Shown: positions 39,960 to 55,422, numbered from the stretch's first letter. The stretch is DNA of 64,000 nt from Chrysomallon squamiferum (GCA_012295275.1 CM022672.1:32860001-32924000); one strand, 5' to 3'. Numbers and translations: made by a program. The notes: generated by a model from the sequence alone, not told the origin.

Positions 39960-40339
39960 CTTGTAATATTTCTTCATTGTTTAAAACTTTAGACAAATAT
40001 AGATCCAACAGCAACGCTGAAAACATTATAATGTTAAATGAATTGACAATTTCTTAGATCGACAAATAATGTTAATGAACTAGTCATTAAAATAACTTTA
40101 CAAAACTTTTCTTCTGGTATGATCTCACTGAAAGTTTTGTGACAAAACTGTAAAATATGACCGGTTACATAATTAATTAATGGTTTAATAAATTGTATGG
40201 CTATACTGTCATTACTATTACTACCAATACTATATAATTCTCTTATTAATTAATGATATTTTACTTGAATACTATTGCAAATGATTTTATTTATTTATTT
40301 ATTTAGAACAAAGATTAGAAAACAACATATTATTTGGTG

Positions 40340-40447
<108 letters not shown>

Positions 40448-40680
40448 CCTGCATCAAATAAGGTCCTGTCTTCGCTGTTTAGAAAATAATTATGAATAAT
40501 TAATAACTAACACCACTTATTTTGTTTTATACGAGACAAAAATTCTGTAATGATAGAATGTAGCTTACAGGCGCCCTACACGTTACCGTCATATCAGTAG
40601 CAACGAAACTATATTTATGTTTTACATTGTGTGAATAAAAAGAAACACAATAATAATTATTTGATCTACATGTCATGAGA

Positions 40681-42452
40681 CAGTGGTTAGAACGGAATGC
40701 ATTCACGTTAAATAAGAAGATTGTTTTTTTCTGTACTTAAAGATTATGTCTCTAGGGTGGCTTAAGCCGTTATTATTACAGTTGTTTTTGTGTTCATTGA
40801 CCCCCCCTTTCTCATTAATACATACAAAGAACAAAACATAATATCTGATATCTAAAAAACGTGACTAGATACGAAACTGGATACCTCTCCTGAGGTCTGT
40901 GGGCGTGTATTTTAAACCTCGGGTTTACAAATCAGATTTCATCTTTTCTTTTCTGTGCACGCTCGAGTTAGTTTGAGCAAGGGACTGATTCAGTATAATC
41001 ACAGAGGAGGAGAACAGGGCCGGTACTGAGTCTTCAGTGTTTTCTGTATGATGAATAAAACGATATATTTTTTGTTTCATTTTCTTTTATTTTACTTGTT
41101 TATTTATTTATATGTTCGATTTGATTTCAGTTCTCTAACACTTCGTTGCCTATAGCAGAGAGATGATGTTTCCAAAAATATTTATTGTGACGTCATCTTT
41201 CTAAAATAGCTTACAAATCACTTTCACACACATACACATCAGTGGTTAGAACGGACTGCACTCAGGTTAAATAAGAAGACTTTTAATTTTTTATTTTATA
41301 AATTTGTTTTTACTTACAGGTTATGTCTCTAGGGTGTCTGAAGCCGTTATTTGTTCTATTGTTGTTTTTGTGTTGTTGCTGTTACTGTTCTTATTGTCAT
41401 TATTATTGTTATGATTTCTTTTTTGATGCTCTTGTTATTACTATTACTATTACTGTTATCATTATTGTTGTTGTTGTTGCTGTTATTATTATTATTAGTA
41501 TTACTGTGTGACGCATTGTATAACATTTTCTGTTCACAGATATGAAGGATGTTCTTTGACCCCTCTCTCATTAATACGTACAAATAACAAAACATAATAA
41601 CTGATATCTGAAAAACGTGACTAGATACGAATCTGAAGAGCCCACTGGAAGTTTGTAGACGCATGTTTCAAACCGCGGTGTTAGAAATCATATTTCATAT
41701 TTTCTGTTCTGTGCACGCTCGAGTTAGTTTCAACAAGCGACTGGCTCAATAGAATCACAGTTGAGGGGAACAAGGCCGGTACTGACTCTTCAGTGTTGTT
41801 AGGATTATGAAGAAAACGATATATGTTTTGTTTCACTTTATTTTATTTTGTCCGTTTATTTATTTATTTATTTATATGTTCGATTTGATTTCAGTTTCCT
41901 ACCACTTCGTTACCTATAAGCAAAGAGAAATGACGTTTCCAGTGCTAAAAATAAATATTGTGATGTCATCTTTCTGAAATAGTTTACAAATCTTTTTCAC
42001 ACACAAACACACACAAGAATAGGAACAACATCTAAATATGTGTGTTTGTGTCCCCTGTCTCATTCATACCAGCAAACATTCATTTGATGTTGATAATAAA
42101 ACATAGAAAAACATAGAAACAGATAACTAAATAGAAAAACATAGAAACAGATAACTAAATAGGAACAAACAAACAAATAAACAAATAAATAAAAAAAAAA
42201 TAAATAAATATAGAAATAAGAGCAAGAGTACTAGTAGGATAAAACAAAGAAAAACAAAAAAGAAATACCCGAGATATTAAAAACGTGAATACATATTACT
42301 TTGATAGCTCACTAGAAATCTTAGACACGTGTTTTGGAGATGGCGTTAGAGATTATTATTTGTCTTTTGATTACTGTGCACGTTCAAGTTAGTTTCAACA
42401 AGCGAGTGATTCACAGTAATCTAAGAGGAGGGTGACAGGGCCAGTACTGAGA
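40681..42452. repeat. Tandemly duplicated ~560-770-bp unit (two copies plus a fragment)
   Basis: Units start cagtggttagaacgga at 40681 and 41240. The shared core ctgtgcacgctcgagttagttt..gggccggtactgag recurs at ~42375-42452. Confidence 0.85.
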
Positions 42453-42577
42453 TTTGTAGAAATTAATGATGAGAAATAAAATTGAAAAAGATATAGGACA
42501 CACAGACAAATAGACAGAGATCCAACAGCAACTCAGAAAATATTATAACGTTAATAATAATGTTAATGAAATAGTTA

Positions 42578-42673
<96 letters not shown>

Positions 42674-43529
42674 TTCCTCTAGGCTGTTTACTATTTTCTG
42701 TTGTACAAACATTTAAAAATATAATACAACGATATAAATGTACAGAGGTGATTTTAAAACATCATCTGAAAATAGCTACCAGTACAATATCTGTTAAGGG
42801 GTGGCTTCTCCCGTATCGACAAATTTGCTTAATGACGTAGTCATAGTAACTGAACTCGGTCCTTAAATGATGAATGACGGCATTTGCATTCTTTCTGATG
42901 AATATATAATGATGTAATATCATGATTTTAATCGTTTATTTATTTATTTATTTTAAACAAAATCTACGTAACATAGAGAAGAAAAAAATATTATTATTTT
43001 ATTAATACTGCGTATACGTGAATAAAATCATAAAATCATCTTGTATCTTGTTTTGTTTTTTATTTGTACAGTTTATTTATATATCTGACGAAAGGACCTG
43101 ATACCGCCAGTTCACTATTCAAGTTTAAACAAGATGTCATTTTGGCGGCTAAATAGATTATCTTTCTCTGTTGTACGAACCAGTTGCTAAGTCCATTATT
43201 ACTACGTGTGTGATAAATTGTAACCAGCATTTTATAAATTAAATAAGTGCATAAACTATGTTCAGATGCTTTTCTATTTTTAGTCGTGTTTACTGTACCA
43301 CAAGAACTTAAAAAATCAGTATAGAAAGTTTGAAAGCTTCAACCCCTTATTTATGAGAATTGGTATCTTCCTCTAACTGAGTGTCGTGTGTCCGGGCTCC
43401 CCCGCACTCACAACTATGATATCAGACTGACATTGTAGACTAATAGACGAGCATTTTTCTGCAGGTGTTAAATTTTTCATTTCTTAAGACAAAGGTAAGA
43501 AAACTTTATTATTATTATTGTTGTTGTTA

Positions 43530-43568
<39 letters not shown>

Positions 43569-43619
43569 GATTTATATTATTATTGTTGTTTTTTGTTGTT
43601 GCTGTTGTTGCTGCCGTTA

Positions 43620-43791
43620 TTGTTGTTATTGTTCTTTTTACTGATGTTATGGAGACCTCTCTATTTTAAGACATTAAATAATGTTTTTATTTTTTTTATT
43701 AGCATGTATTAGTTGTATCATATATTATGTATCCTTTGTAAGGAAAAATACCAATAGATAAATAATAATGGAATGAGTCAAACAGATTAAT

Positions 43792-43822
<31 letters not shown>

Positions 43823-44565
43823 TGCAATAATGAGTACAGCTGTTAATATTTTAACAATGCTATTTTTCATACTAAATATAATAAAGTAGGTATTTGTCAC
43901 ACCTGTGTTCAGATCGCTCTGACTCATAACTCTGATACATAATAAAAGAGTGTCCCATGTATTCTGATTCACCTTTACCTTGTATTTTTCACGATCGTAG
44001 TATAACGTTTTTTGTCTGCAATAGAATTGACACGCAATCTGACACGTTATCTGACCTACGTAATAGTCACTTGTTAACGATAACTTTTTCATCAATATAC
44101 TGTAGGAGAAATAAATATAAATAATTTACGGAAAAAAATAATATTATAATTATATAATGTTTTGCATCTACCTGCCTCTATACGTGGTGTGACTTGTACG
44201 ATAAATGATATCAACCACGTCCTTATCAGCAGACGACTTAGTAAACAGCGACACACAGAAAATATTTCAGTGACCTTCTCAAACAGAAAGGCGTCAGTTC
44301 TGGGAATACCCCTCACAAACAAGACCCATTTTACAAAAGTAATCGGCCATTTTGAAATTTGAAGGTATTTTGTATTTTATTATAATAGATGCCGTACTAT
44401 TGCTTTGCTTAAAACAAATCAGACATATTCAACTTGTATTTTGTCAGTGCTATAAATTTGTGTGTGAATTTTGATCGAGGCGTTTTCTTAGGGGAGGTTT
44501 TTGGGGGGTTTTGGTTTTTTTTTTACCTAGCACACTGCTTTAGGAGAAATATCGATAAACGTATT

Positions 44566-44616
<51 letters not shown>

Positions 44617-45019
44617 CTATCGTCCTTATAATAATAATTATTATTATATTAGCAATAGTAGTAGTAGTAGTGGTACTAGTAGCAGTAGTAGTAGTACTGG
44701 TACTAGTAGTAGCAGCAGTAGCGGTTGTAATGATAGCACCTAAATATACTTCAATATATCGTTGATAGCTTACGCTACACGTTCATCAATCTTTTACTTT
44801 ATTTGATTTGATTTATTAATTAATTAATTAATTTATTTCTCTATAGATTACTGATCTCAGTGATTAACAATAGACTCGTTAAACAGATATTAATCGTTTC
44901 TAAGAATTATCAATCAGGAAGTTTTTCAGGTAGGTATCTATTTTGAAACTACACAGTATTTTATATTGTTTTTATTTTATTCAAATTTATTTAATTGTAT
45001 TCTTCTTCTTCTTCTTTTA

Positions 45020-45077
<58 letters not shown>

Positions 45078-45786
45078 TTCTTATTTATTTATCTGCGTGT
45101 ATTCCTTTCATTCTTTCTTTCTTCCTTTCTTTATTCGTTCCTTCCTTCTTAACTAACGTTCGATGGTCTATCAAGAGTTCCAGAGAATGTATAAAATGTT
45201 ATTGAATTTGTTTTCATGTACAATGGAAAACATCCAAAATGAAAAAAAGAAAACAAAGAATGAACATTATCGCTGCTATAGATATACTTATAACAAACAG
45301 CGTTATAGCGTGAGGCTTTTTAAAGATATGAAAAAAAATGTGCTAGACCCGACTGTAAAATATTTCTTACAATCTGGTATATCGAAGGTGCCAGTAGAGG
45401 ATGTGATAATATAAATTCTCATATAATTGTATTACGTTTTTATTTACGAGTTTGTTTGTTGGTTGTCTTTGTCGTCTTTATTGAAATTGTTTTTCTTCTC
45501 ACACTGCTGACAAATGTAAACAATTTCTTATTTTCACGGTCTATTTCTACACTTATGGGCAGAAAGTTTATTAACAATGAACTTGACAGATCGCTGTAAA
45601 TAACACCCGAGTATATCTTTGTGTGTCTCGTTTAGCAGTGAGATACTATCTTTATATAGCCTACATAATAAGCAAACCGCCACGTATTAGCTTACTTTGA
45701 TACACTGTTCATGCAAGAATTGTCAGAGAAATAAAACATGTACAATTATATTTAGTACACTGTAAAAATTATTTGTTATTGTTGGA

Positions 45787-45846
<60 letters not shown>

Positions 45847-46283
45847 TATTAAATTTATAACTTACGTATAAACAATGGCATCTAGTAGTATTTAATTTAT
45901 TGAATTAGAATTAAGGTAATTTATTTTGAAGAAGATTTCTGTAAGATGAGTGTACATATATCTCGCAGCACGATTTGTTAATTTTAAGCTGATACTGAAA
46001 CGTAACATTTGATAACGTAATAAGATATTTCACGTCAGTCTTTATCAGTGGAGGGTTTACCAACTAAAAGAACACAAAGCAGAAGTACAGGTAATCGGCC
46101 ATTTTGAACGTGTATAATATTTTATATTTCATTATGTTTTAGAGATTCCAGTGTTCTTAATTTATTACTAAATACATTAGTTAGTCCTCTAAGAAATATA
46201 TTATTTAAGTCTGAGGTTTTTTAAATTGAAATAGAAAAAGTTATGTATATCCTGACTTTAATGTGCTGTTATCGTTATTATTA

Positions 46284-46339
<56 letters not shown>

Positions 46340-46352
46340 GTTGTTGTTGTTG

Positions 46353-46389
<37 letters not shown>

Positions 46390-47217
46390 AATTATTTTTA
46401 TTATTATTATTGCTACTACTGTTACTACTACTATCCTGTTATAGCTCTTATTTTTATTTTATTCAAGTCTCTTGCTATATATTGTTTACTTTATATTATT
46501 TTATTTTATTTTATTTAATCTCAGATCGGTGATATCTGTGGACTATAGCTGAGTTGATAGACAGAAACATAGTCGCTTATAATACATTGTCGATCAGGAA
46601 GTTGAAATTACAAGGTATTTAATATTGTTTTATAATTCAAAAGCACCACATCTTGTTCGTTGTTTTTCCTTACTTTATAATTATTATTATTATGTATTTA
46701 TTTCTTATATAGTGTTTCTTTTTAGATTTGTTATTTTCGGATAATTGTGTTGTTTTTTCCTCGGTAAAAATGAAAAAAATGACCATATCAAAATGCAATT
46801 TCAAAATCGTTTGTCCCGCAGTTAAATATGTTTTACCTGACTGTGACCAGACATATCTGTTTATACAAATAATGATAATGTAAAATTATTGATGCTGTCG
46901 TTGTTGTTATCATAATAATAATTAGTATAAATATAATGTACTTTTTTGTTTATCATTTATCGATTTGGTATATATTTATCTATTTGATTGAACAGTAGAG
47001 TCGTTAAACAGAAAATAGTCGGTGGTTAGAAATTATCTTAGATTGATTAATTTTTTATATACAAAAATGTTTGGTTTTTGCAAGATTTCTGTGCACTAGT
47101 CATAGCTATATATAAATAGAGAAAATTAATCATTGCACTGTGACGCCGTGTACACAGACACATTTTAAAATTATATTTAGTATGAAGTTATTATTATTGT
47201 CGTTGTTGTTGTTATTA

Positions 47218-47288
<71 letters not shown>

Positions 47289-48358
47289 TGTTTAGTTGTA
47301 AGAATTGTTACAGTTCTAGATCCTAACAATTTCTTTTTTCTTTTCTCCCCCATTTCATATTATTATTATGACAATTATTTGTTTGTAGTGAAAACATGGC
47401 CACCTCAGCTAGGATCTCAAGTTGGCAGACTGGAAAGAACTTGACTGAGTGTATTGAACACGTTTTTCTAACCAGAATAGAGAGCGACGTCAGTTTTCAG
47501 GTCGGAGAACATCAAACGGTCATTGAAGCGCATCGATTTATATTAATAATACGAAGTGAAATATTTCAGCAGATGTTATCAGGAGAGCATCGCGTACAAC
47601 ATACCATCCTATTACCTGATGTTCAAGCAGACGTTTTTACAGAGTTTTTGAAGTATGTTATCACACACACACAGACGGATATATATATATACGTACAAAC
47701 ACACATACACGCACGCACGCATACACAAACACGTAATCACACCTACGAATACAGAGATGTGATAAGACATACATACAGACATGAACGTTGATAAGAATAC
47801 ATTTTTTTTAGTAATCTAATCGTTTTCTAATTAAATAATCTCCCATAATTTTCTCTCGTTTTGAAGTCTTACTATACATTCTTTTACACAGATATCTTTA
47901 TACGGATGACGTCGTCCTAACAGGCGACAACGTCACTGGCTTGCTGTATCTATCGAGGAAGTACGTCATCACAACACTGAAAGATCAATGTTTGCGCTAT
48001 TTGGAGTCGTCGTTGTCGTCACAGAATGCGTGCGTCGTGCTGGAACAAGCTCACCTGTTTGATGAACACGATCTCAGAGAAAAAGCTCTGAACTGCATTT
48101 TGGAAAATGGCGACCAAGTTTTGATGTCAGCTGAAGTCACCGATCTTTGTCTCGAATGTCTGGTTGAGATCGTACGATCAGACGAACTGACAGCAGACGA
48201 GAAAAATGTTTTTGAAGCCGCTGTGAAGTGGGCTGACAGCGCATGCAAGAAACAAGGAAAAGCGAAGAGTGGAAAGAACATGCGCGAGGCACTGGGAGAG
48301 GCCGTGAAGCACGTGCGTTATCCATTACTCGATCAGACGTACTTTGTAGAACACGTGA
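43620..48358 (+). repeat. Inverted segmental duplication, arm 2 (paralogous to 4778-9700)
   Basis: See arm 1. Confidence 0.9.
47111..47118 (+). promoter_or_regulatory. Candidate TATA box of BTB copy 2
   Basis: TATAAATA conserved in both paralogs. An acceptor tttgtttgtag lies 7 nt before the ATG, implying a 5'UTR intron. Confidence 0.45.
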
Positions 48359-48945
48359 TACCCACTAACATAGTCACTGACAGAGAAGAAAATAAGATTT
48401 TGAAACACTGGGTGAAGAGTGATGAAGATGTTTCACCTTTTAACACAAAAAAGAGAACTGGAATGATGAAAACTCAGATTACAATAAACAGGTTCGGTAG
48501 AATTGATGCTGGTGTCTATTCATATTCTGGTGAAGTAGATGAATCCATTACTTTCTCTGTCAACAAAATCGCTTTACTTCGCGGATTTCGGTTGTACGGT
48601 CACACTGAACCACAAAACTACGACGTCAGCGCCTTCGTCACTGACACAAGAAGAGACAAGATACTGGACGGGTCTACGCTGACACAGAGATATGAACACG
48701 TCAGGTCTGACGTGTATGACGTCGTGTTCAGACCTCCAGTGAAGATTACTAAAGACACTGAGTACAGCTTGTTTGTTAATATTAAGGGAGGAAGCTCGTT
48801 ATGGGGAGATAACGGTAAATCAAAAATTGTTGTAGATTCTTTTGTTTGTAGACTTTCTATGTCAGAGGAATCGGCACACAGTGAAAGAGAACTTAGTACA
48901 AGTGTGATAGGAGGACAAATACCTGCTTTGTTATTTTTAGTGTAA
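47396..48945 (+). CDS. BTB/POZ-BACK-PHR protein, BTBD1/2/3/6 family (putative Cullin-3 substrate adaptor), 436 aa, intact
   Basis: Exons 47396-47652 and 47892-48945 (GT-AG, phase 2) total 1311 nt. BTB: SDVSFQVG..AHRFILIIRSEIFQQML..LPDV..FLKYLYTD. BACK: CVVLEQAHLFDE..VFEAAVKWA..VRYP. PHR: RF..ITFSVNK..LRGFRLYG..GQIPALLF. Confidence 0.95.
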
Positions 48946-49698
48946 AAAAACAACATCGTTCAAACGCTGTCACTTTTAGTCTTCACATATTTATTTGTTT
49001 ACATTTTTTCTGATGACGTCAGACAACAGTGATGACGTCATAGACACTTGATTTGATTTGAAATTTTCTAATGGACTGATTTGTGTCAAACAGATTCGAG
49101 TAAAATGTATATTAACATCTCATAGCTTTATTGTTTATTTATTTATTTCATATTTATTTATTTAAATATATATAATGTTTTTTGTTTCTATATGAAACGT
49201 AATATTATTAAGTGTTTCTTGCTTCATTTTTACTTTTTTATTTCACTTTAAAATGTATTTAAAATGAGACGTAGATAAATTATGTATGTACTTAATAATT
49301 GCTGGACACGAAATATAAGAACTGTTATTTGATTTATTTATCCATTTTCTTTTATTAAGATTTTTATAAAGTATATAAGTTAATTAGATTGTGTTTCGAA
49401 TTTACTGTTTGTTTATTTAGGTATAACATGTCAATAAACAAAACCAAAAAAAAAAAAATGTGTTTTTTTTGTACTTAATTTGTCTTTAGAATTTAAACAT
49501 ATAAATTATATAGACATAAAAATACATTTATCAAGTATTATTATTATTATCATTTTTTTTTTGGTAATATTTTTTTTCTCTGCATACAGTATGTAACATC
49601 AATCTGTAAAATTAATGATTTGTGAGAAAGTTATCTAGAGCAGATCCTATGATTGTACTTAACGTGTAGTCCGTTCACAGTATGTGTTTAACAACAAG

Positions 49699-49798
<100 letters not shown>

Positions 49799-50217
49799 GT
49801 AAAATAAAGAAAACAATATACTTCATAAAAGAGTTATGAAAATGGGGAGAAATTCCCAGGCTAACTTTAATCTATTATGAACAAAACTTTGAAATATCCG
49901 AATCTCTCTACTTCGGATATCGGGTGTAAATTCCAGAATAAAGGAACATTTTATAGGATTGTCCACAACCGCTAACATTTTTTCAAATTTTATCGTTTCT
50001 TAAGCAATGACAACAATTAGCAGGTAAATGATCGCACTTTGTGAAATCTTAATAAACAATGATGTCAAGCTTCTTGTAATCTCTATACGCGGTATCCTAA
50101 CAACAGTCTTGTGGTCAGTAGTCATACAATTTGGAAAGCAGTCAAGCAGGAAGTAAGCTGAGCACCTCTGAGTTGTGAGAATGATCAACTAGTCTTGGCT
50201 ACTTGTTGTAATCACAA

Positions 50218-50309
50218 CCATGTGTTCATGTTTACTCCAATTATATCGGGATTTTGCTGTTCAAAATGAAAAGGACTTTGAAGGAAACATGTTTTCATAT
50301 AGCAATGAG

Positions 50310-50370
<61 letters not shown>

Positions 50371-51129
50371 TTTTAAACAGAATTCAAATTGTGAAGTACT
50401 GTTCTCAGATTATAGTGAGTTTATTCAGTTACTAGCTTTTGAGACATTTGCATACTTGCACCATTGCAGAACTTCAGAAAGTGGAGTATTTATTGTCGCA
50501 GAGGTGTACGCCGCAATTAAATAGTCACCTGTAAATGAGACTTGTACTCATTGTAAATTTGTCATCAAGACCTGCAATGGCAGATGAACTACCGTTCGTG
50601 ATCACGTTAGGAACATCACTGACCACACTCACCCACCAGAAGATTCAGAGCGTCTGAAGTTCCTCAGCACTATGCGAGAGCGGGCCAGAGAAGAAACAAC
50701 ACCGTTGAATGCTGTTTACAATGAAGAGAGAGTCAGACATGACCCAGATCAAGTCCGAGTATTCCCATCATTCCCCCAGCATAAGCATGCCACTGTACAC
50801 ACATCGACTGATCCCTGCACTTCCCCTGACAAGATCCGACGTGAAACTTACTGGAGAATCGACAGTGACTGCTGATGGCCACGCTTTCCTCTTGACTACT
50901 GAAGGAAAACAGACTAGTTAGACTCAAGCACCAATTGCAGCAGAGAGTCAGAATACCCCTTCAGTTCTTAAATGCTGTAAGCTATCTACTGAAACTTACA
51001 TAACTGATCAAGTTATCTGGATGCAATAAAATGTATAAATAATTATAAGCCTTTCTATCATTTATTTATTGCCGATAGTCATACAACAATGTGGGATCAT
51101 ACCATTTTTTATCCAGGTAAAGGGCAGAG
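50218..51129 (+). mobile_element. Mutator-like (MULE) transposase fragment: FLYWCH-type finger and linker preceding the MULE domain
   Basis: Insertion relative to copy A. CKFVIKTCNGR..DHTHPPED..KFLSTMRERAREETTPLNAVYNEE..FPSF / SISMPLYTHR.IPALPLTRSDVKLTGESTVTADGHAFLL follows the pattern of animal FLYWCH-MULE transposases. Stops and a frameshift are present. Confidence 0.75.
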
Positions 51130-51207
51130 GATTAAGTGTGAACCAAACCTTGACCTTATAAACGGTATGACAAATAACTCTATGACTAATGGAAAGTAAC
51201 CTGATGC

Positions 51208-51508
51208 CACTGGTTTTCAACCTTTTTCATACCGCGACCTCTTATAAGCAATTCAATATGACCGATGTTGCCCTTTAACATATTTGATTCAATAATATCT
51301 AGGGTTACCATATTTACATCAACCTAAGACAGTACAAAACGAATCTGTATTGACTCTGATGGGTCCCAAACCTATCTACACGTTTTTATTTATTCCTCGT
51401 TCCAAGTCAAGTTGAAAAAAACTAAATCATACCATCGCTCAAGAACGACCACTAGAAAAAAGTTGGCGATCCCTCTGGAGGTCCTGAGCCTTAGGTTGAA
51501 AACCTATC
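51208..51508. mobile_element. hAT-type MITE, copy 3 (same insertion as copy 2, inherited by duplication)
   Basis: cactggttttcaacct ... aggttgaaaacctat; flanks homologous to those of 19075-19385. Confidence 0.85.
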
Positions 51509-51640
51509 CCCTATATGTAGCTAAATGAACAAGATGATTATTAGTGTGTTAATACCGAAGTGAATTCACTTATTTATATTTAGTGTGAAAAGCTGAAGTC
51601 TCTATAAATACGTGTGGCGCACATTTTGCTTTATTTGATT

Positions 51641-51775
<135 letters not shown>

Positions 51776-52359
51776 AAAGAGAGAGAGAGAGAGAGAGAGA
51801 GGATGGAAAAACAAATATTCACTCATTTTTTAGGATGGAAATTAAATATTTTTCATTTTAAAACGAAAATAATATTTTTCATGTTTTAAACGAAAATTCA
51901 ATTCATGTCAGTAAATACTCATATCTAACCCATATCCTAACCATATTTTAAAAAAAAACAAAAAAACAATTTTTTTTTTTGTATTACTGTTACGTTAATA
52001 TTTAAAATACGTTTTATTTCAATAAAATATCAGTGTTAGAACTAACGTTATAGCGAGGTTAGGATTAGGGTTAAAAGTAGCATTAGGGTCACATTAAGCT
52101 TTGCAGTTAGCTTTACTGTTATGCATTTTCGTTACGATTAGGTTTAGAACTGGTGTTAGATATTTATTTATCTGCTTACCTCAATAAGAATATAAAACTT
52201 GTACAATTTCATAACGAGTTTTAGGATAAAAATGAAAAAGTTTTTATTTCAAGAGACTAACTCGAAAAGTATATAACTAGTGTTAGGATGTGTATGTCCC
52301 CAGCCTACCCTACATACGTGTTGCTAAGCAAGTATGTGGAAATCTACTTCGCACATACG

Positions 52360-52415
52360 CAGATAGCCACGTCGGTTCCTCTGTACGTCAGTTGATACGG
52401 TTCGAGTCACCGACT
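52360..52415 (+). mobile_element. Possible decayed tRNA-derived SINE head
   Basis: A-box-like tagccacgtcgg (~52366) and B-box GGTTCGAGTC (~52399) at tRNA-like spacing. Confidence 0.3.
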
Positions 52416-54314
52416 TGAGAAACGTAAAATCGTGATGTCCACGGCGCTCGATACAAGATTAGAAGTAAAGTTGTTTTAACAAAGCACTGGGCAGCGTCAG
52501 GTCAGCTTCTATGTATGTAAACATGTCACGTGATATATTATAACAAGAACAAATTAATAGTATTCTAATGTGAGTTATTTGATGTCAGTTGTACGAAACA
52601 CACTAACAAGATGATAACAAGGTTTCTAGTAGACACACCCTATGTACGTAGGAGAAACAATATTTCTGTACTTCACACTAAATCTACTGATAAACTAGTT
52701 TTGGCATTGTTTCATTCACTAAGTTCATGAATTTGTATGGACAATGTTTCTAGTTCCACGCACTAAATAAGTAGTGAGAATGTTTCTAGTGTAAATGCTA
52801 AAATGATAAACTAGTAGCGACAATATTTTTAGCAGTAGCACGCTCTAGGTTATTTTATGAGTAAGTAATGAAAATGTTTGTAATAATAAACAGTAAGTAA
52901 ATTGATAAACAAATAGTGACAACGTTTCTAGTACATACTTGGTCAGTAGATAGTGGAACAGTAATAATTAGTTGTGACATAAGAAGACTTAAAGGAAGAA
53001 GTAACAACATGTTTTATAACATTACAATCAGATTTATTTACTAACATATACTGTGACATACAACATTGTGAACCTTAAGATCACAATGAACTGAACTTTA
53101 TTTTATAGTGAAATTTATTTTAACAAAGTATGTTAATTTTCAGTTATTTTATGTGGCTTGAATTTTGTTTTCTCGCTCTCTCATGTTGTATTAAATATTA
53201 TTAAAGTGAATTTACTTTTAATCTGTTTTACCCTTTACAGAAATTAATTTAAATTTAATTTATTTCAGATAAACATTTAAGTTTTTTTTTTTTTTTTTTA
53301 GTGTTATTGCTTGAAGATCAGCTGTGTTGGGTCAGTGCAAGACAAAATAAAAATCTTTACATGGATGCTCACGTGAAAATAGTTTTACTTTCTCTTACTT
53401 GTTTTTTTTTATATATCTGTATCAGCCAATATTGTACTTCAGTGTTTATATACTTGCAAAACCATCAGTTTTAGTAAATACTGTTAATTTATATCGCTGT
53501 ATTATTTATATGTAACATTATGTTTTTATATGCTATTATATGAGTGTCATGTAGGGGCCAGTGATTTCTTGGTGTGATTTGTGTTTTTCCTCTCATATTC
53601 TGTGAACTACACAATAAATATGTATCTGTGACTGGATGACATATACTGCCTGTGATAACAAATGAAGTGAATTCTCAGGAAATGTGAAGAGTTCAATGTA
53701 TTTGGTTACCTACTTTCTTAACCTTTATTATTCAGTTTCAGCAGTTAACCTTTAAGGTATTTATGTAAACCTGTAATATTAATGGTGTTGTTGTTTTTTC
53801 ATTTCAGGTAAAAAAAAAATTTTTTTTTTTTTATAGTATTACTTTAGTTGTAATCCTAAATATTTTAATTATTAGGATACAGTGTTAAGAAAAGAATACA
53901 AAGGTTAGTAAATATCATAAATGAATTTTGTAAATGTCTGTTTATGAATCTAGAATAGTGTGTTTTGTGATTATATAAGACTATAGTAGATTATTTAATT
54001 TGTATGATTGTTAACTTTGTGATCGTCAATGAGATAAAAGGAATTTTTCAAAGATCCATTAAAAAATCTCAATCATAAGAAAGAAAATATCAGAATTCAG
54101 TCCACTGCAGCTTTTACATTCAGAACACATTTCAGTTGACTGCAAAATGTACAGTCATTGATTTGTAGAGTAATACTTGAGAACTGACAAAAAGCAAAAG
54201 ATTTATCTAAAAATAATATCGTAACATGAAATAAACTTTATCTAAGGATCCAATACTTCATCCAGTAGATCAAAACTATCATTCATTTTCAAAATAAAAT
54301 TTTATTAACATTGA

Positions 54315-54449
54315 TTTTGAAATTAATAAACTCCAGAAACAATATATTTCTGAACTGAGATATATTATCCAGGAATAACAGTTAAACAGTATTACAAATT
54401 TGAAAAAAAAAAAAAAACAACAACTAAAAAACACAAAAAAAATAAATAA

Positions 54450-54484
<35 letters not shown>

Positions 54485-55372
54485 AATGAAAAGAAAGAAA
54501 GCGAATATTTATGAAAAACATATATAATAGAAAGTAAATACAACAAATCACTTTTCTTTTCAATCTAATAACTATTGAAACAGTCCTATTATTGCTTATT
54601 TATTTACTATATTTAAAATAACAAAATTTAACTTTATAACTATTTAAAGTAAAAACAGTTCACTCGTGATCCTGCTGGTTTCTAGTATTTAACAAGTTAT
54701 TAATGTGTTTATCTCTTGATTACAAAATTTGTTGAAATTACTCGTGGTTTGAGATTATGGTGTGGTTTCCTCTCTACTGTCGCAGACGACAGAAGCTAAG
54801 ACGGCATTCGGGAAGGTTCGGAATGATCCGAATGGTCACGACCAGTTTTAACGATACTGAATCAGCGAGACTCGCGGTTTTGTTTATCAAGACTACAGTT
54901 AACCACATGCATATCCGGCGTTCACCGTTAGTGTTTATAAAAAAATATTGGCGAAATAAGATAAGCCAGTAAGTCCAATTTATCGAACTACGAGCAAACC
55001 TTTTATGTGAAATAAAAATTTGAGATAAAGTAATTAATAGTGGCTCTTGAATTATGACTTATAGATAAACAGGTCAAGTCGGCCAAACGGATCTTTGGCC
55101 ATTTCAAGCCCCCTGCCCTGTATTAGTGTTTAAGTGTATTTCAGAGTATACTAGTGTATATTATACAATATAGGCCTATATATATATTTCGCAAAGTAAT
55201 ATTTAAAACTATATATGCATATACACATTTTTAATATACTAGCCGTTATGAAGTGGATAGGTATATTTAAAAATTTATTTAAAATTTTGTTGTGTGTGAA
55301 AAACATTGTTTTATATATATTTATCATGCTGATATTTTGAAGTAAAATACAGTTGTTATTGTTCTTGTTATT

Positions 55373-55422
<50 letters not shown>

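Noticed and set aside
48051-48956. Antisense ORFs over the BTB gene
   Set aside because: Shadow ORFs of the real plus-strand CDS.
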